The notes beneath the pieces are model-generated. The model was not told where the DNA came from and made no database searches. It saw nothing but the letters and a program-made list of their open reading frames with translations. Below, one piece after another: positions 1 to 7,675 of a DNA stretch of 64,000 nt. This DNA comes from Polyangia bacterium (lineage in GTDB: Bacteria > Myxococcota_A > Polyangia > Palsa-1104 > SHYY01), in NCBI GenBank assembly GCA_036263495.1, contig DATAGU010000330.1:16637-80636 (forward strand), read 5' to 3'. A program made the position numbers and the translations under genes. Positions within the stretch are counted from its first letter, which is position 1, and every line of letters starts with the position of its first letter.

Positions 1-7
1 GGAATGG

Positions 8-610
8 ATGGAACGACCTTGGCTTACCCATGATCGCGTGGTGCGCTGCGTGCCGCCGCCGGCCGATCCCGGAGTCGGCGGACCGCCTCCCGGCAACAAG
101 ATCTCCATCAGGGTGAGGCACCGCCTGCGCTGGCGGAACGGGTTGCTCCTGCTCGAGGAGTCCACCGGTTACCCCGCGAGCTGGATCGTGGGCCGTCTCA
201 TCGAGCTCCGGTCGTCCGCGCCGCCTGCGCCGGCCGCGCCCGCGGCCCCCGTGGCCCCCGTGGCCTCAGAGGACGCCGGCGAATCGGAGGACGCTGGTGG
301 GGCGGAAGGGGCCGGCGGGATGGACCCCGAGGAGGAGGCCCTGCGCGACAGCCTGCGCGACGAGCGCGGCGCGCCGTCTCCGGAGCCGTCGGAGAGCATC
401 AATCAGTTCGTACAGCGGCCGCTCCTGCTCGGCGGCGTCGCCAACGATCCCGTGGGGGACTACTTCGACCAGAGCTACCTCCTCAAGGAGGAGCAGGTCA
501 CGGCCCTGGAGGCGCTCGCCAAGGGCTACCAGCTCACACCGGATCAGGCGCTCGATTTCCTCCTGGCGCGCGAACTCTGGCAGCTCGCCCAGGGCTGGCT
601 CCCGAAGTAA
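8..610 (+). CDS. hypothetical protein with Pro/Ala-rich and acidic low-complexity linker (possibly 5'-partial)
   Basis: ATG at 8, but the frame is open back to the window edge. Third-position G+C is high. Contains a PAPAAPAAPVAPVA and SEDAGESEDAGG linker. No family recognised. Confidence 0.45.
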   Translation: MERPWLTHDRVVRCVPPPADPGVGGPPPGNKISIRVRHRLRWRNGLLLLEESTGYPASWIVGRLIELRSSAPPAPAAPAAPVAPVASEDAGESEDAGGAEGAGGMDPEEEALRDSLRDERGAPSPEPSESINQFVQRPLLLGGVANDPVGDYFDQSYLLKEEQVTALEALAKGYQLTPDQALDFLLARELWQLAQGWLPK

Positions 611-626
611 CCCAGCTACAAGCCAA

Positions 627-3281
627 CTAATCGGACGTGAGCGTCTCGAGCTTGAAGAGCCGCTCGCGCAGCTTGTCATAGCCCTCGCGGAGCCGCTCGA
701 GCTCGTCGCGCAACGCCTGACTCTGCTCTTTGGCGCGCAAGCCCTCCTGCAGCGCCCGGCTGGCCTCGCGGGCCCGACGGCGCACCCGGGGCTCGAGATC
801 GGCGCTCTCGACCCGCGCGAGCGGCGCGAGCGCGCGGGCGTCGCCGAGCGTGCGCAGGGCCTCGATGGCGGCGATGCGGACGCGGAAGTCGGGATCGGTG
901 AGGTGCCCGGCGAGCGCCTCGAGCGCGCGACGGCGCAGCCCAGGGTGCTCGTCGCCGAGCGTGGCGATGAGGGCCAGGGCCGCGCGCCGTGAGGTGGGTG
1001 GTTTGCCGGGCGCCGCCTCCTCGAGCGCCACGGAGAAGGCGCGCTCGTCCCGCAGCTCGCCGAGGCCGGTGAGGCAGGCGGAGCGCCTGACCTCGAGGTA
1101 GGAGGGGATGCCGAGCCCGCCGAGGAGCGCCTCCAAGGCCCCCTCGGTGCGCGTGCGCCCCAGGGCGATCGCGGCCTCGGCCTCGACGAAGTAGCTGGGA
1201 TCGCCGCTCAGGACCTGGGCCGCGGCCTGTGCCGCGATGCGATCGTGACGGAACTCACCGAGCGCTCGTACGAGCAGGCGCCGCGCCTTGTGGTGCGTCT
1301 CGACGCGCACGGCCCCGACCAGCGCGTCGCGGGCCGCCTCCACGCGGAGCTGTCCGATCGCCAGGGCCGCCTCCCCACGCACCGACCACACGGGGTCCTC
1401 TACCATGGCCCGGGCGAGGGCGGGCAAGGCCAGGGGATCGCCCGCCTTGCCGAGGGCTCGCGCCGCCCGCACGCGGTCGATGGCGTGCCGCGCCCCGGTG
1501 AGCTCGCTCATCCATACCCCGGGGGGCTTTCGTTCGTGGCTCTTCTTGAGGAGGTGCGCGCCCGGGTCGATGATCGCCTGGGTGGGCCGGCCCGGGAGAG
1601 GGAAGAAGAAGATGTGCTGCGCCTCCTCGACCTGCACGGTGAAGTGGCTCTCCACCCCGTCCACCACGAAGCACAGGTCGAGGGGGAAGGCAAAGAGGGG
1701 CGTCCCCTCTTTGATCTCGTGGGTCTGTTTGATCGCCACCCGCGCGAGGTGCTGGAACTCATCGAATGAGTAATCCACCTCCAGCACCGGGTAGCCGGCG
1801 CCGAACACCCACTGATCGAAGAAGCGGTCGGCGTTCACTCCGGTGGCCTCTTCGATGGCCCGGGCGAGGTCGCGCGACTCCACCGAGCCGGTGCGGTGCT
1901 TGCCCACGTAATGGCGGATGGCCTTCCAGAAGCGGTCATCCTCCCGGGTCGCTCCCGTGCCCCAGCTGAGCTGATGGCGCAGCATGTGGAGCACCGCGCC
2001 CCCGCGCTCGTAGAGGTGGCGGTCAAAGACGTCGAGCGGCTCGTGGAAGACGTTGGTCACCATCGGCCGCCGGTAGCGCCCGCCGTCCTCCTCGAAGTAG
2101 GCGTCCATGTCGGCCAGCCGATCGTAGTCGGCGGCGTCGCGGCCCTCGGCGTGCTCCTTCCACACGATCTCGAAGTAGGTGGCAAAGCCCTCGTTGAGCC
2201 AGCCGTGCGACCAGTCGCGGCAGGTGACGAGGTCGCCGAACCACTGATGCGCGAGTTCGTGCGCCACGAGCGGCGCGGAGGAGAAGTCGAGGTGGGCGCG
2301 CGCGTCGTGCAGGGTGAGCTCGGTGATGGTGGTCGCCGAGGTGTTCTCCATGCCGCCGAAGATGAAGTCGGACACCACCACCTGGGCGTATTTCTCGTAC
2401 GGGTAGGGGTGGCCGATCTTCTCGCCGAACAGGCGGATCATCTCCGGGGTGCGGCCAAAGGCGCGGCGCGCGTCCTCCTCGCGCCCGGGCGGCACGAGGT
2501 ATTGCACCTGGACGTCGTCGATCTGGTCGCGCAGCTCGACGTACTCCCCGGCGACCAGGGTGATGAGGTAGCTCGAGTGGGGGACTTCGTGCCGGAAGTG
2601 GAAGGTGCGCGTGCCCCGGGTGCTGCCGCGCATCGAGACCAGGCGGCCGTTGGACATGACCGTCATCTTCTCCGGCACGGTCGCCACCACCTCCGAGGTG
2701 GATTTCTCGTGCGGGTGATCGAAGCACGGGAACCAGAAGCGGTTGTCGTCGTCCTGGCCTTGCGACCACACCTGGACCGGTCGGTGCGGGTGCAGCTCGT
2801 CGGGTTGGAGGAAGTAGAGGCCGCGGCGCGGCGTGGCGTGATAGCGCACCACGAGGTCGATGATCTCGCCGGCCCGACGCGGGCCGAGGTCCACGAGGAG
2901 GTGCTGGCCATCGTGGCTGTGAGGGAGCCGCGTGCCGTCGGCGAGCGTGACCGCGTCGATGTGCATCTCGACGGCATCGAGGCGCAGGCGCGTGGGCCCG
3001 TCATTGAGCGGCGCGATGGTCTGGGTGCAGGCGCCGCTCACCGAGCGGGTGGCGAAGTCGAGCAGGATCTCGATCTTGATGTGGCGCACGTCGCACACGC
3101 GGTCGGGCGCATAGACGGCGCGGGCGCCGGGCAGGACGAAAGGCTGCGGTCCGCTCGTCCCGGCCGTATCCCCGAGACTTCCGTCACGCCGGCAACAAAG
3201 CTCTCGTTCGAGACGCAGGGTGCTCATGAGTGAGTCGAGGATAGCATCGATTCTCGGCCCCGAGGCCACGCCGCCGCTCAT
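627..3281 (-). CDS. M1-family zinc aminopeptidase (aminopeptidase N-like) with C-terminal HEAT repeats
   Basis: 884-aa ORF. Gluzincin motifs FGGMENTS (GxMEN) and HELAHQWFGD...WLNEGFATY (HExxH-x18-E). The C-terminal third is HEAT/PBS-lyase-like repeats (ARALGKAGDPLALPAL, AIEALRTLGDARALAPL). Confidence 0.9.
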   Translation of the reverse strand: MSGGVASGPRIDAILDSLMSTLRLERELCCRRDGSLGDTAGTSGPQPFVLPGARAVYAPDRVCDVRHIKIEILLDFATRSVSGACTQTIAPLNDGPTRLRLDAVEMHIDAVTLADGTRLPHSHDGQHLLVDLGPRRAGEIIDLVVRYHATPRRGLYFLQPDELHPHRPVQVWSQGQDDDNRFWFPCFDHPHEKSTSEVVATVPEKMTVMSNGRLVSMRGSTRGTRTFHFRHEVPHSSYLITLVAGEYVELRDQIDDVQVQYLVPPGREEDARRAFGRTPEMIRLFGEKIGHPYPYEKYAQVVVSDFIFGGMENTSATTITELTLHDARAHLDFSSAPLVAHELAHQWFGDLVTCRDWSHGWLNEGFATYFEIVWKEHAEGRDAADYDRLADMDAYFEEDGGRYRRPMVTNVFHEPLDVFDRHLYERGGAVLHMLRHQLSWGTGATREDDRFWKAIRHYVGKHRTGSVESRDLARAIEEATGVNADRFFDQWVFGAGYPVLEVDYSFDEFQHLARVAIKQTHEIKEGTPLFAFPLDLCFVVDGVESHFTVQVEEAQHIFFFPLPGRPTQAIIDPGAHLLKKSHERKPPGVWMSELTGARHAIDRVRAARALGKAGDPLALPALARAMVEDPVWSVRGEAALAIGQLRVEAARDALVGAVRVETHHKARRLLVRALGEFRHDRIAAQAAAQVLSGDPSYFVEAEAAIALGRTRTEGALEALLGGLGIPSYLEVRRSACLTGLGELRDERAFSVALEEAAPGKPPTSRRAALALIATLGDEHPGLRRRALEALAGHLTDPDFRVRIAAIEALRTLGDARALAPLARVESADLEPRVRRRAREASRALQEGLRAKEQSQALRDELERLREGYDKLRERLFKLETLTSD

Positions 3282-3368
3282 ACGGCGGTGGGATCCATGT
3301 GCGAGGGCCGGGTTCTAACTAACTATTGGAGGGGGAGGGGCGGGTGGTTGTGGCTGGCGGCGGCGGTC

Positions 3369-3689
3369 TCAGCCGCCCACGATCACGTTGTTGGAACCTT
3401 CGATGAGCTTGCCCATGCCGCCACAATGCTTGTCGGCATCGCCCAGCCGGTGTGCGGCCTTGCCGTTGATGAACACGGTGCCACTGCCCTGCTGGGCGGT
3501 CCAGGTGTTGGGGCCGCAGCAGGCTGCATGGACCCCCGAATCGCCCACGCGCAGCGCGGGCCGCTTGTTGACGAGCACGTTGGGCGATCCCGAGACCGCC
3601 GGCCCCACGGCCGGATGCGGACAGGCAGGGCAACCGTGCGCATCTGCCGGGACCATCGACTTGTCTCCCAATCTACCTTGCGGGGGCAT
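3369..3689 (-). CDS. PAAR-domain spike-tip protein
   Basis: 106 aa with three R(L/V)GD turns (GRLGD, LRVGD, HRLGD) and a Cys/His cluster (HGCPACPH, HAACCGP, KHCGG), typical of PAAR. AAGGAG Shine-Dalgarno lies 6 nt before the ATG. Located 36 nt downstream of the spike gene. Confidence 0.85.
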   Translation of the reverse strand: MPPQGRLGDKSMVPADAHGCPACPHPAVGPAVSGSPNVLVNKRPALRVGDSGVHAACCGPNTWTAQQGSGTVFINGKAAHRLGDADKHCGGMGKLIEGSNNVIVGG

Positions 3690-3725
3690 CTCTGCTCCTT
3701 GCCATGAGCCGGACGGCGCGGCGTT

Positions 3726-4574
3726 CTAGTTGATGTTGACCGTGCTGCCCTTGATCGTCATCGTGCCGCTCGATTCGACGTCGCCCTGACCGTTGGCCTT
3801 CATGGTCATGTTGCTCTTGACCTTGAGGTCGAAGTTCTGGCCCACGTCCATCTGGGTGCCTTTGTCCGACTTGGTCTCCAGCGTCTCGCACTCGAAGCGG
3901 ATGGTCTTCTTGGCCTTGATCAGGATGTCGCCCGTCTTGGTCTCCATCGTGATCTTCTTGTTCTTCGTGTCGATGAGGATGTAGTTCTCTTCCTTGCCGT
4001 CGTAGATCTCGATCTTGTTCGGCTCATTGCCATCGTCGTCGAGGACGATGCGGTGCTTCTGGCTCGAGTGCAGGGCCACGCGCGGCGACGAGGCGTTGTC
4101 GTTGAAGATGAGCTGGTGGAAGGTGCGCGAGGTGAAGCTCCGCAGGTCGTTCTTCTTGGCCTCGTTCTTCCCCTCGAACTTGGCCCAGCGGACCTTGCCC
4201 TGCGCGTCCTTGTTGCTGTAGGTCGGCTTGTCCATGCCGTTCCACAGCGAGCCGATGATCACCGGCTGGTTGAACTCGCCGTTGATGAAGGTGACCAGCA
4301 CCTCGTCGTCCTTCTCGGGCAGCCAGAACATGCCGCGCTCGGGCCCTGCCCCGATGGTGGCGATGCGTGCCCAGTAGCTGTCGATGTCGGCCCCGGTCTC
4401 GGGATCGGGCGGCAGCCAGGGGAACTTCACCCGCACGCGGTAGTCCTTGTCGAAGGCCGACCCCTGCGTGCGACAGACGTTGTCCGTCACGATGCCGATC
4501 ACCACCCCCTGGATCGTGTGCTGGAAATCCCGGTGTTCGAGCGACAGGGGATCATCTTTTCCGAGCTTGGCCAT
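3726..4574 (-). CDS. gpV/gp5-type (Phage_base_V) spike protein lacking a gp27-like N-terminal half
   Basis: 282 aa. OB-fold signature VRVKFPWLPP...YWARIATIGAGPERGMFWLPEKDDEVLVTFINGEFNQPVIIGSLWNG. The C-terminal half is K/D/T-rich and beta-helix-like (ILIDTKNKKITMETKTGDILIKAKKTIRFE...). G+C is visibly lower than in flanking genes. Confidence 0.8.
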   Translation of the reverse strand: MAKLGKDDPLSLEHRDFQHTIQGVVIGIVTDNVCRTQGSAFDKDYRVRVKFPWLPPDPETGADIDSYWARIATIGAGPERGMFWLPEKDDEVLVTFINGEFNQPVIIGSLWNGMDKPTYSNKDAQGKVRWAKFEGKNEAKKNDLRSFTSRTFHQLIFNDNASSPRVALHSSQKHRIVLDDDGNEPNKIEIYDGKEENYILIDTKNKKITMETKTGDILIKAKKTIRFECETLETKSDKGTQMDVGQNFDLKVKSNMTMKANGQGDVESSGTMTIKGSTVNIN

Positions 4575-4640
4575 GGTGTCTCCTGCCGGACGGCCCGCGT
4601 CCGGCGTCAGGCGATGCGAATCTCCGCGGACCCATACAAA

Positions 4641-5477
4641 CTACGCAAAGCCTCCGGGGGGCATGTTGGCCACGCCCCCCACCACCGGTCCGGCCGGTAC
4701 GATCGGCGGCGCGAAGGTGGGCACGGGTCCGGTCCCGAGCACGTTGGTGACCATCGTCGACGTCTGCCAGATCTGGAAGCACTTCTCGAAGGCGTCGGCG
4801 ATGCAGTCGAACAGCTCCTTGTGGTGCGGCGCCCCGGGATCGGCGAACTGCGCGATCATCTGTCCCTTGAGGACGTCCTTGGACACCGGCACCGTCACCT
4901 GGGTCAGCGCCGCCACCGGCACCGGGATGTTGGGCATGGGGGGCGCCACGGGCAGCGCCATGGCGGCGAAGGCCGGATACCACGGCAGGCCCGGCACCTT
5001 GATGCTCGACTGATACTGCAGCCAGGCGGTCCCGATCACCTGGGAGATGACGTTCGAATACTTGAGCTGGGAGGGACCGGCCTTGGGCGCCGTGGCCAGG
5101 ATCAGCGGCTGCAGCGGCGGTCCCACCACCTGCCCGCCGCTCGCCGTGACGGCGTTGACCATCACCCCGACCAAGGTGGCCGCGCTCTGCCACTGGCTCC
5201 AGGCCGAGCAGATGGCATCGCAGATGCCGTCGATGTAGCCGCCGTAATCCTTGGTCTTCTGCTTCTGGACGTCGCAGTGGTACTTGTTCGTCGAGTCGGC
5301 GATGAAGAGGGGCGGGACGGTGGGATCGGGCGAGGCGCTCTTCTCGTCGTCCTTGAAGGCGTCGGCGAACGTCTTGGGGACGTTCATCTGCGGCGCCTGG
5401 TCCGGCACCTTGATCCCGAAGCTGCTGAATTGCAGCCGGGCAAGTTGCTTCATCATCGAAGCTTGCGGCGCAGGCAT
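4641..5477 (-). CDS. hypothetical protein (278 aa) with internal duplication, first gene of the spike module
   Basis: I trimmed the track ORF 4641..5669 to the ATG at 5477 (MPAPQASMMKQL...), which has GAAGAGGG upstream. Codon bias looks coding. No family recognised. The motif D-x-I-x-D-A-[IF]-x3-[WF]-x2-WQ-[ST] occurs twice, each time followed by a Pro/Gly/Val-rich stretch. Confidence 0.6.
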   Translation of the reverse strand: MPAPQASMMKQLARLQFSSFGIKVPDQAPQMNVPKTFADAFKDDEKSASPDPTVPPLFIADSTNKYHCDVQKQKTKDYGGYIDGICDAICSAWSQWQSAATLVGVMVNAVTASGGQVVGPPLQPLILATAPKAGPSQLKYSNVISQVIGTAWLQYQSSIKVPGLPWYPAFAAMALPVAPPMPNIPVPVAALTQVTVPVSKDVLKGQMIAQFADPGAPHHKELFDCIADAFEKCFQIWQTSTMVTNVLGTGPVPTFAPPIVPAGPVVGGVANMPPGGFA

Positions 5478-5599
5478 GGAACCCTCTTCATGGACGATAG
5501 CTGGCGGATGCTCGCTGGATGATATCCCTCGCGAGCGATTATCGGCAACCGGCGATTCCGAGTTGCTTGGCCCGGGTGGCCGGGCCGCGCCAGGCCGCT

Positions 5600-5768
5600 C
5601 TAGGCGGTCTTTTCCGCATAGGTCAGCACCAGATACATCACCACCGCGATGTTCCCGGGGTTGCGGCACTGATGGGGGACGTCCGCCGCGAACAGGATCG
5701 CGTCCCCGGTGCCGAGCAGATACTGCTCACTGCCCACCACCATCTCCAGCGTTCCGGTGGTGACCACG
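5600..5768 (-). pseudogene. C-terminal fragment of a cupin-domain protein, truncated at a repeat array
   Basis: The last ~55 codons of ORF 5600..5914 read LEMVVGSEQYLLGTGDAILFAADVPHQCRNPGNIAVVMYLVLTY, which is cupin_2-like. Everything upstream in this frame is translation of the 22-bp repeats, and no N-terminal domain is present. Confidence 0.5.
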
Positions 5769-5853
5769 GGTTGAGTGCCGCGTACCCCCCCGGTTGAGTG
5801 GCGCGTACCCCCCGGTTGAGTGGCGCGTACCCCCTGGTTGCCCTGGTTGGGGA
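5769..5853. repeat. tandem 22-23-bp repeats, GGTTGAGTG(C/G)CGCGTACCCC family, about 3.5 units
   Basis: Read directly. Units start at 5769, 5792 and 5814, with a partial unit at 5836. The same family recurs at 52097-52244 (same orientation) and 30081-30158 (inverted). Confidence 0.9.
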
Positions 5854-6021
5854 CTAGGATCGCCAGCGCTCTACTCAGAGCCCGGACAGGCCTTCGGAAC
5901 CTCGCGGTGGTCACCCACTAGCGGGGCGCTGTATTAAGGAAGAACACAGTCAGATTGCGAACGAGGGGGGCCGGGCTCGGCCGGGAGCAGGCAGGTTGGA
6001 GGGCGAAGAGAGAGCAGGGAC

Positions 6022-6933
6022 TTACGCGTCGAGATGCACGCTGCGGTCGAAGTCCTCGTCGTCATCCATCTGCAGGGGCCTGCCCGAGTCCCCCACGCAG
6101 TAGCTGCGCAGCTTGGCCTTGGCACGCAGCTCGAGCTGACGTACGCGCTCGCGCGAGATGCCGAACTTCTTGCCAAGCGCCGCCAGGGTGGCCGGGCGCT
6201 GCCGCATGTGACGGGCGCGGATGATGGCCCGCTCGCGCGGATCGAGGAGCTTGAGCCCTTCGGTCAGCGTCACCTTGCGGAAGTCCTCCTCCTGGGTGCC
6301 GGCGACCATGTCCTCGGGGTTCGGACCCTCGTGCGCCAGGGTAGTCCCCACGGCGCGGCGATCGTCAAAGCCGCGCTGCGCATCGATCGAGACGTCCCGC
6401 CCCGTCAGGCGCGGGGTCATGGCCTCTACGTCCTCCTGCATCACGCCGAGCTCGCCGGCCAGGAGCTCGAGGCTCGCCGGCTCGCCCTCGCGCTCGAGCT
6501 TGCGGCGGGCGCGGCCGAGGCCAAAGAAGATCTTGCGCTGCGAGCGGGTGGTGCCGATGCGGACCGGACCGTGACTGCGCACCACATGCTCGAGCATGCA
6601 GGCACGGATCCAGTAGGTAGCGTACGTTGCCAGGCGGGTGGCCCGGTTGGGATCGAAGCGCCGCGCCGCGATGGTGAGGCCGAGGTTGCCTTCCTGGATG
6701 AGATCCTCCATCGAGGGGCCCGAGTGCCTGAACTCCATGGCAATGCGGATCACCAGACCCAGGTGGGCCTCGACCAGGCGCGCGAGGGCGTCCTGATCCT
6801 CGAACACCTGCCACCGGCGAGCGAGGGTACGTTCCTCGATGGCCGTCAGAGGGCCGTCACGGTGGGGGCGTTCAGCAGTCGTAGTCTCGGCGAGCATCGT
6901 CATAAGAGCCTCCAAATCCGGCTGACAGGTCAT
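6022..6933 (-). CDS. RpoH-like (sigma-32 group) sigma-70 family RNA polymerase sigma factor
   Basis: Region 2 (DLIQEGNLGLTIAARRFDP, YATYWIRA), an RpoH-box-like SQRKIFFGLGRARRKL, and region 4 HTH (TLAALGKKFGISRERVRQLE). The start could instead be the ATG at 6903. Confidence 0.85.
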   Translation of the reverse strand: MTCQPDLEALMTMLAETTTAERPHRDGPLTAIEERTLARRWQVFEDQDALARLVEAHLGLVIRIAMEFRHSGPSMEDLIQEGNLGLTIAARRFDPNRATRLATYATYWIRACMLEHVVRSHGPVRIGTTRSQRKIFFGLGRARRKLEREGEPASLELLAGELGVMQEDVEAMTPRLTGRDVSIDAQRGFDDRRAVGTTLAHEGPNPEDMVAGTQEEDFRKVTLTEGLKLLDPRERAIIRARHMRQRPATLAALGKKFGISRERVRQLELRAKAKLRSYCVGDSGRPLQMDDDEDFDRSVHLDA

Positions 6934-7043
6934 CAGTTTTAGGGGGGGACTGTTTGTCCCCCCTCACCCGGCAGAGCCGGGTGAGCCACCCCCCACCGCA
7001 CGCTCCCCGCGGGCCCTTCCCCGCGCGGGCCCTTCGTCCTACG

Positions 7044-7400
7044 TCAACTTCTATGGGCGGCGCCGGACATCGACTCCGGATCCAGGAGACCGGCAAACAT
7101 TTCACGCGCGCCCTGGCCGAGCACATCGCCCATGAACGAGCGCAGGTAGGTGCGCGCTCCGAGCCGCGCGAGGCGCCAGGTCATCCGCGAGAAAAGTCCG
7201 CCCGAGACGACGAAGCCGACCGCAAAGGCCGCAGCCACGGCGGGGAGTGGACGCTCCTCGATCCAGCTGCGGAGATTGGACACCAGTTCGTTGCCGCGAT
7301 CCGTTGCAGCTTGGCGCAGCTGCTCGAGATCATCTTGCAGGCGCCCGCTGTTCGCATGCGCCGCCTGATTCGAAGGGTTGCCGGAGTTGGCGTGATCCAT
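7044..7400 (-). CDS. small tail-anchored membrane protein, DUF883/ElaB-like
   Basis: I prefer the ATG at 7400 (MDHANSG...) because GAGGTGAGGAG sits directly upstream; the track start is 7454. Coiled-coil segment LQDDLEQLRQAATDRGNELV followed by a hydrophobic PLPAVAAAFAVGFVVSGGLF. Family assignment is tentative. Confidence 0.5.
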   Translation of the reverse strand: MDHANSGNPSNQAAHANSGRLQDDLEQLRQAATDRGNELVSNLRSWIEERPLPAVAAAFAVGFVVSGGLFSRMTWRLARLGARTYLRSFMGDVLGQGAREMFAGLLDPESMSGAAHRS

Positions 7401-7470
7401 CTCCTCACCTCTCTCTGCCACCTGGGGGTCTCTGGTTTCGCGCTGCCTTGCCATTGCGAAATGAGACCGG

Positions 7471-7486
7471 TGCAGGTTCCGTGCCC
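7471..7486 (-). promoter_or_regulatory. sigma-54-type promoter (-24 GGCACG / -12 CTGCA)
   Basis: The minus strand reads GGGCACGGAACCTGCA against the consensus TGGCACG-N4-TTGCA, with correct GG/GC spacing. It lies about 70 nt upstream of the ATG at 7400 and is divergent from the NtrC-type activator gene. Confidence 0.55.
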
Positions 7487-7603
7487 TGCGCTTGGTCCCA
7501 TACTCAGAGAGCCACCAGACCGGTGATCCAGAGGTTGACGCGGCTGCTATAGCAGACTGAAGGGAAACAGATTTACACTCTGGCCTGCTCGCTGCCTGGA
7601 GGA

Positions 7604-7620
7604 AGGGAAAAATTTTCCCT
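7604..7620. promoter_or_regulatory. perfect 17-bp AT-rich palindrome AGGGAAAA-A-TTTTCCCT in a divergent promoter region
   Basis: Read directly. It is flanked by direct TTTACAC copies at about 7573 and 7636, and lies 56 nt upstream of the GTG at 7676. Candidate operator; the binding protein is unknown. Confidence 0.35.
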
Positions 7621-7675
7621 CTCCTGAGGAGATGGTTTACACATCCACGTTGCGGGGGCGGGATCGGGTGATAGA

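Noticed and set aside
627-3281. The M1 aminopeptidase as a cargo or effector of the spike/PAAR module. It is on the same strand, only 87 nt downstream of the PAAR gene.
   Set aside because: Its G+C and codon usage match the host background, unlike the spike gene. The 87-nt gap is AT-rich with stops in all frames (TAACTAACTA) and looks like an independent promoter region. The protein has no PAAR/VgrG-interaction or secretion-associated domain I can recognise.
5860-5885. tRNA fragment as an attachment site. GCCAGCGCTCTACTCAGAGCC resembles the reverse complement of a tRNA D-arm.
   Set aside because: The D-loop would be only 6 nt and lacks the GG. No anticodon stem-loop or T-arm can be drawn from the adjacent sequence. 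I saw no tRNA gene anywhere in the window.
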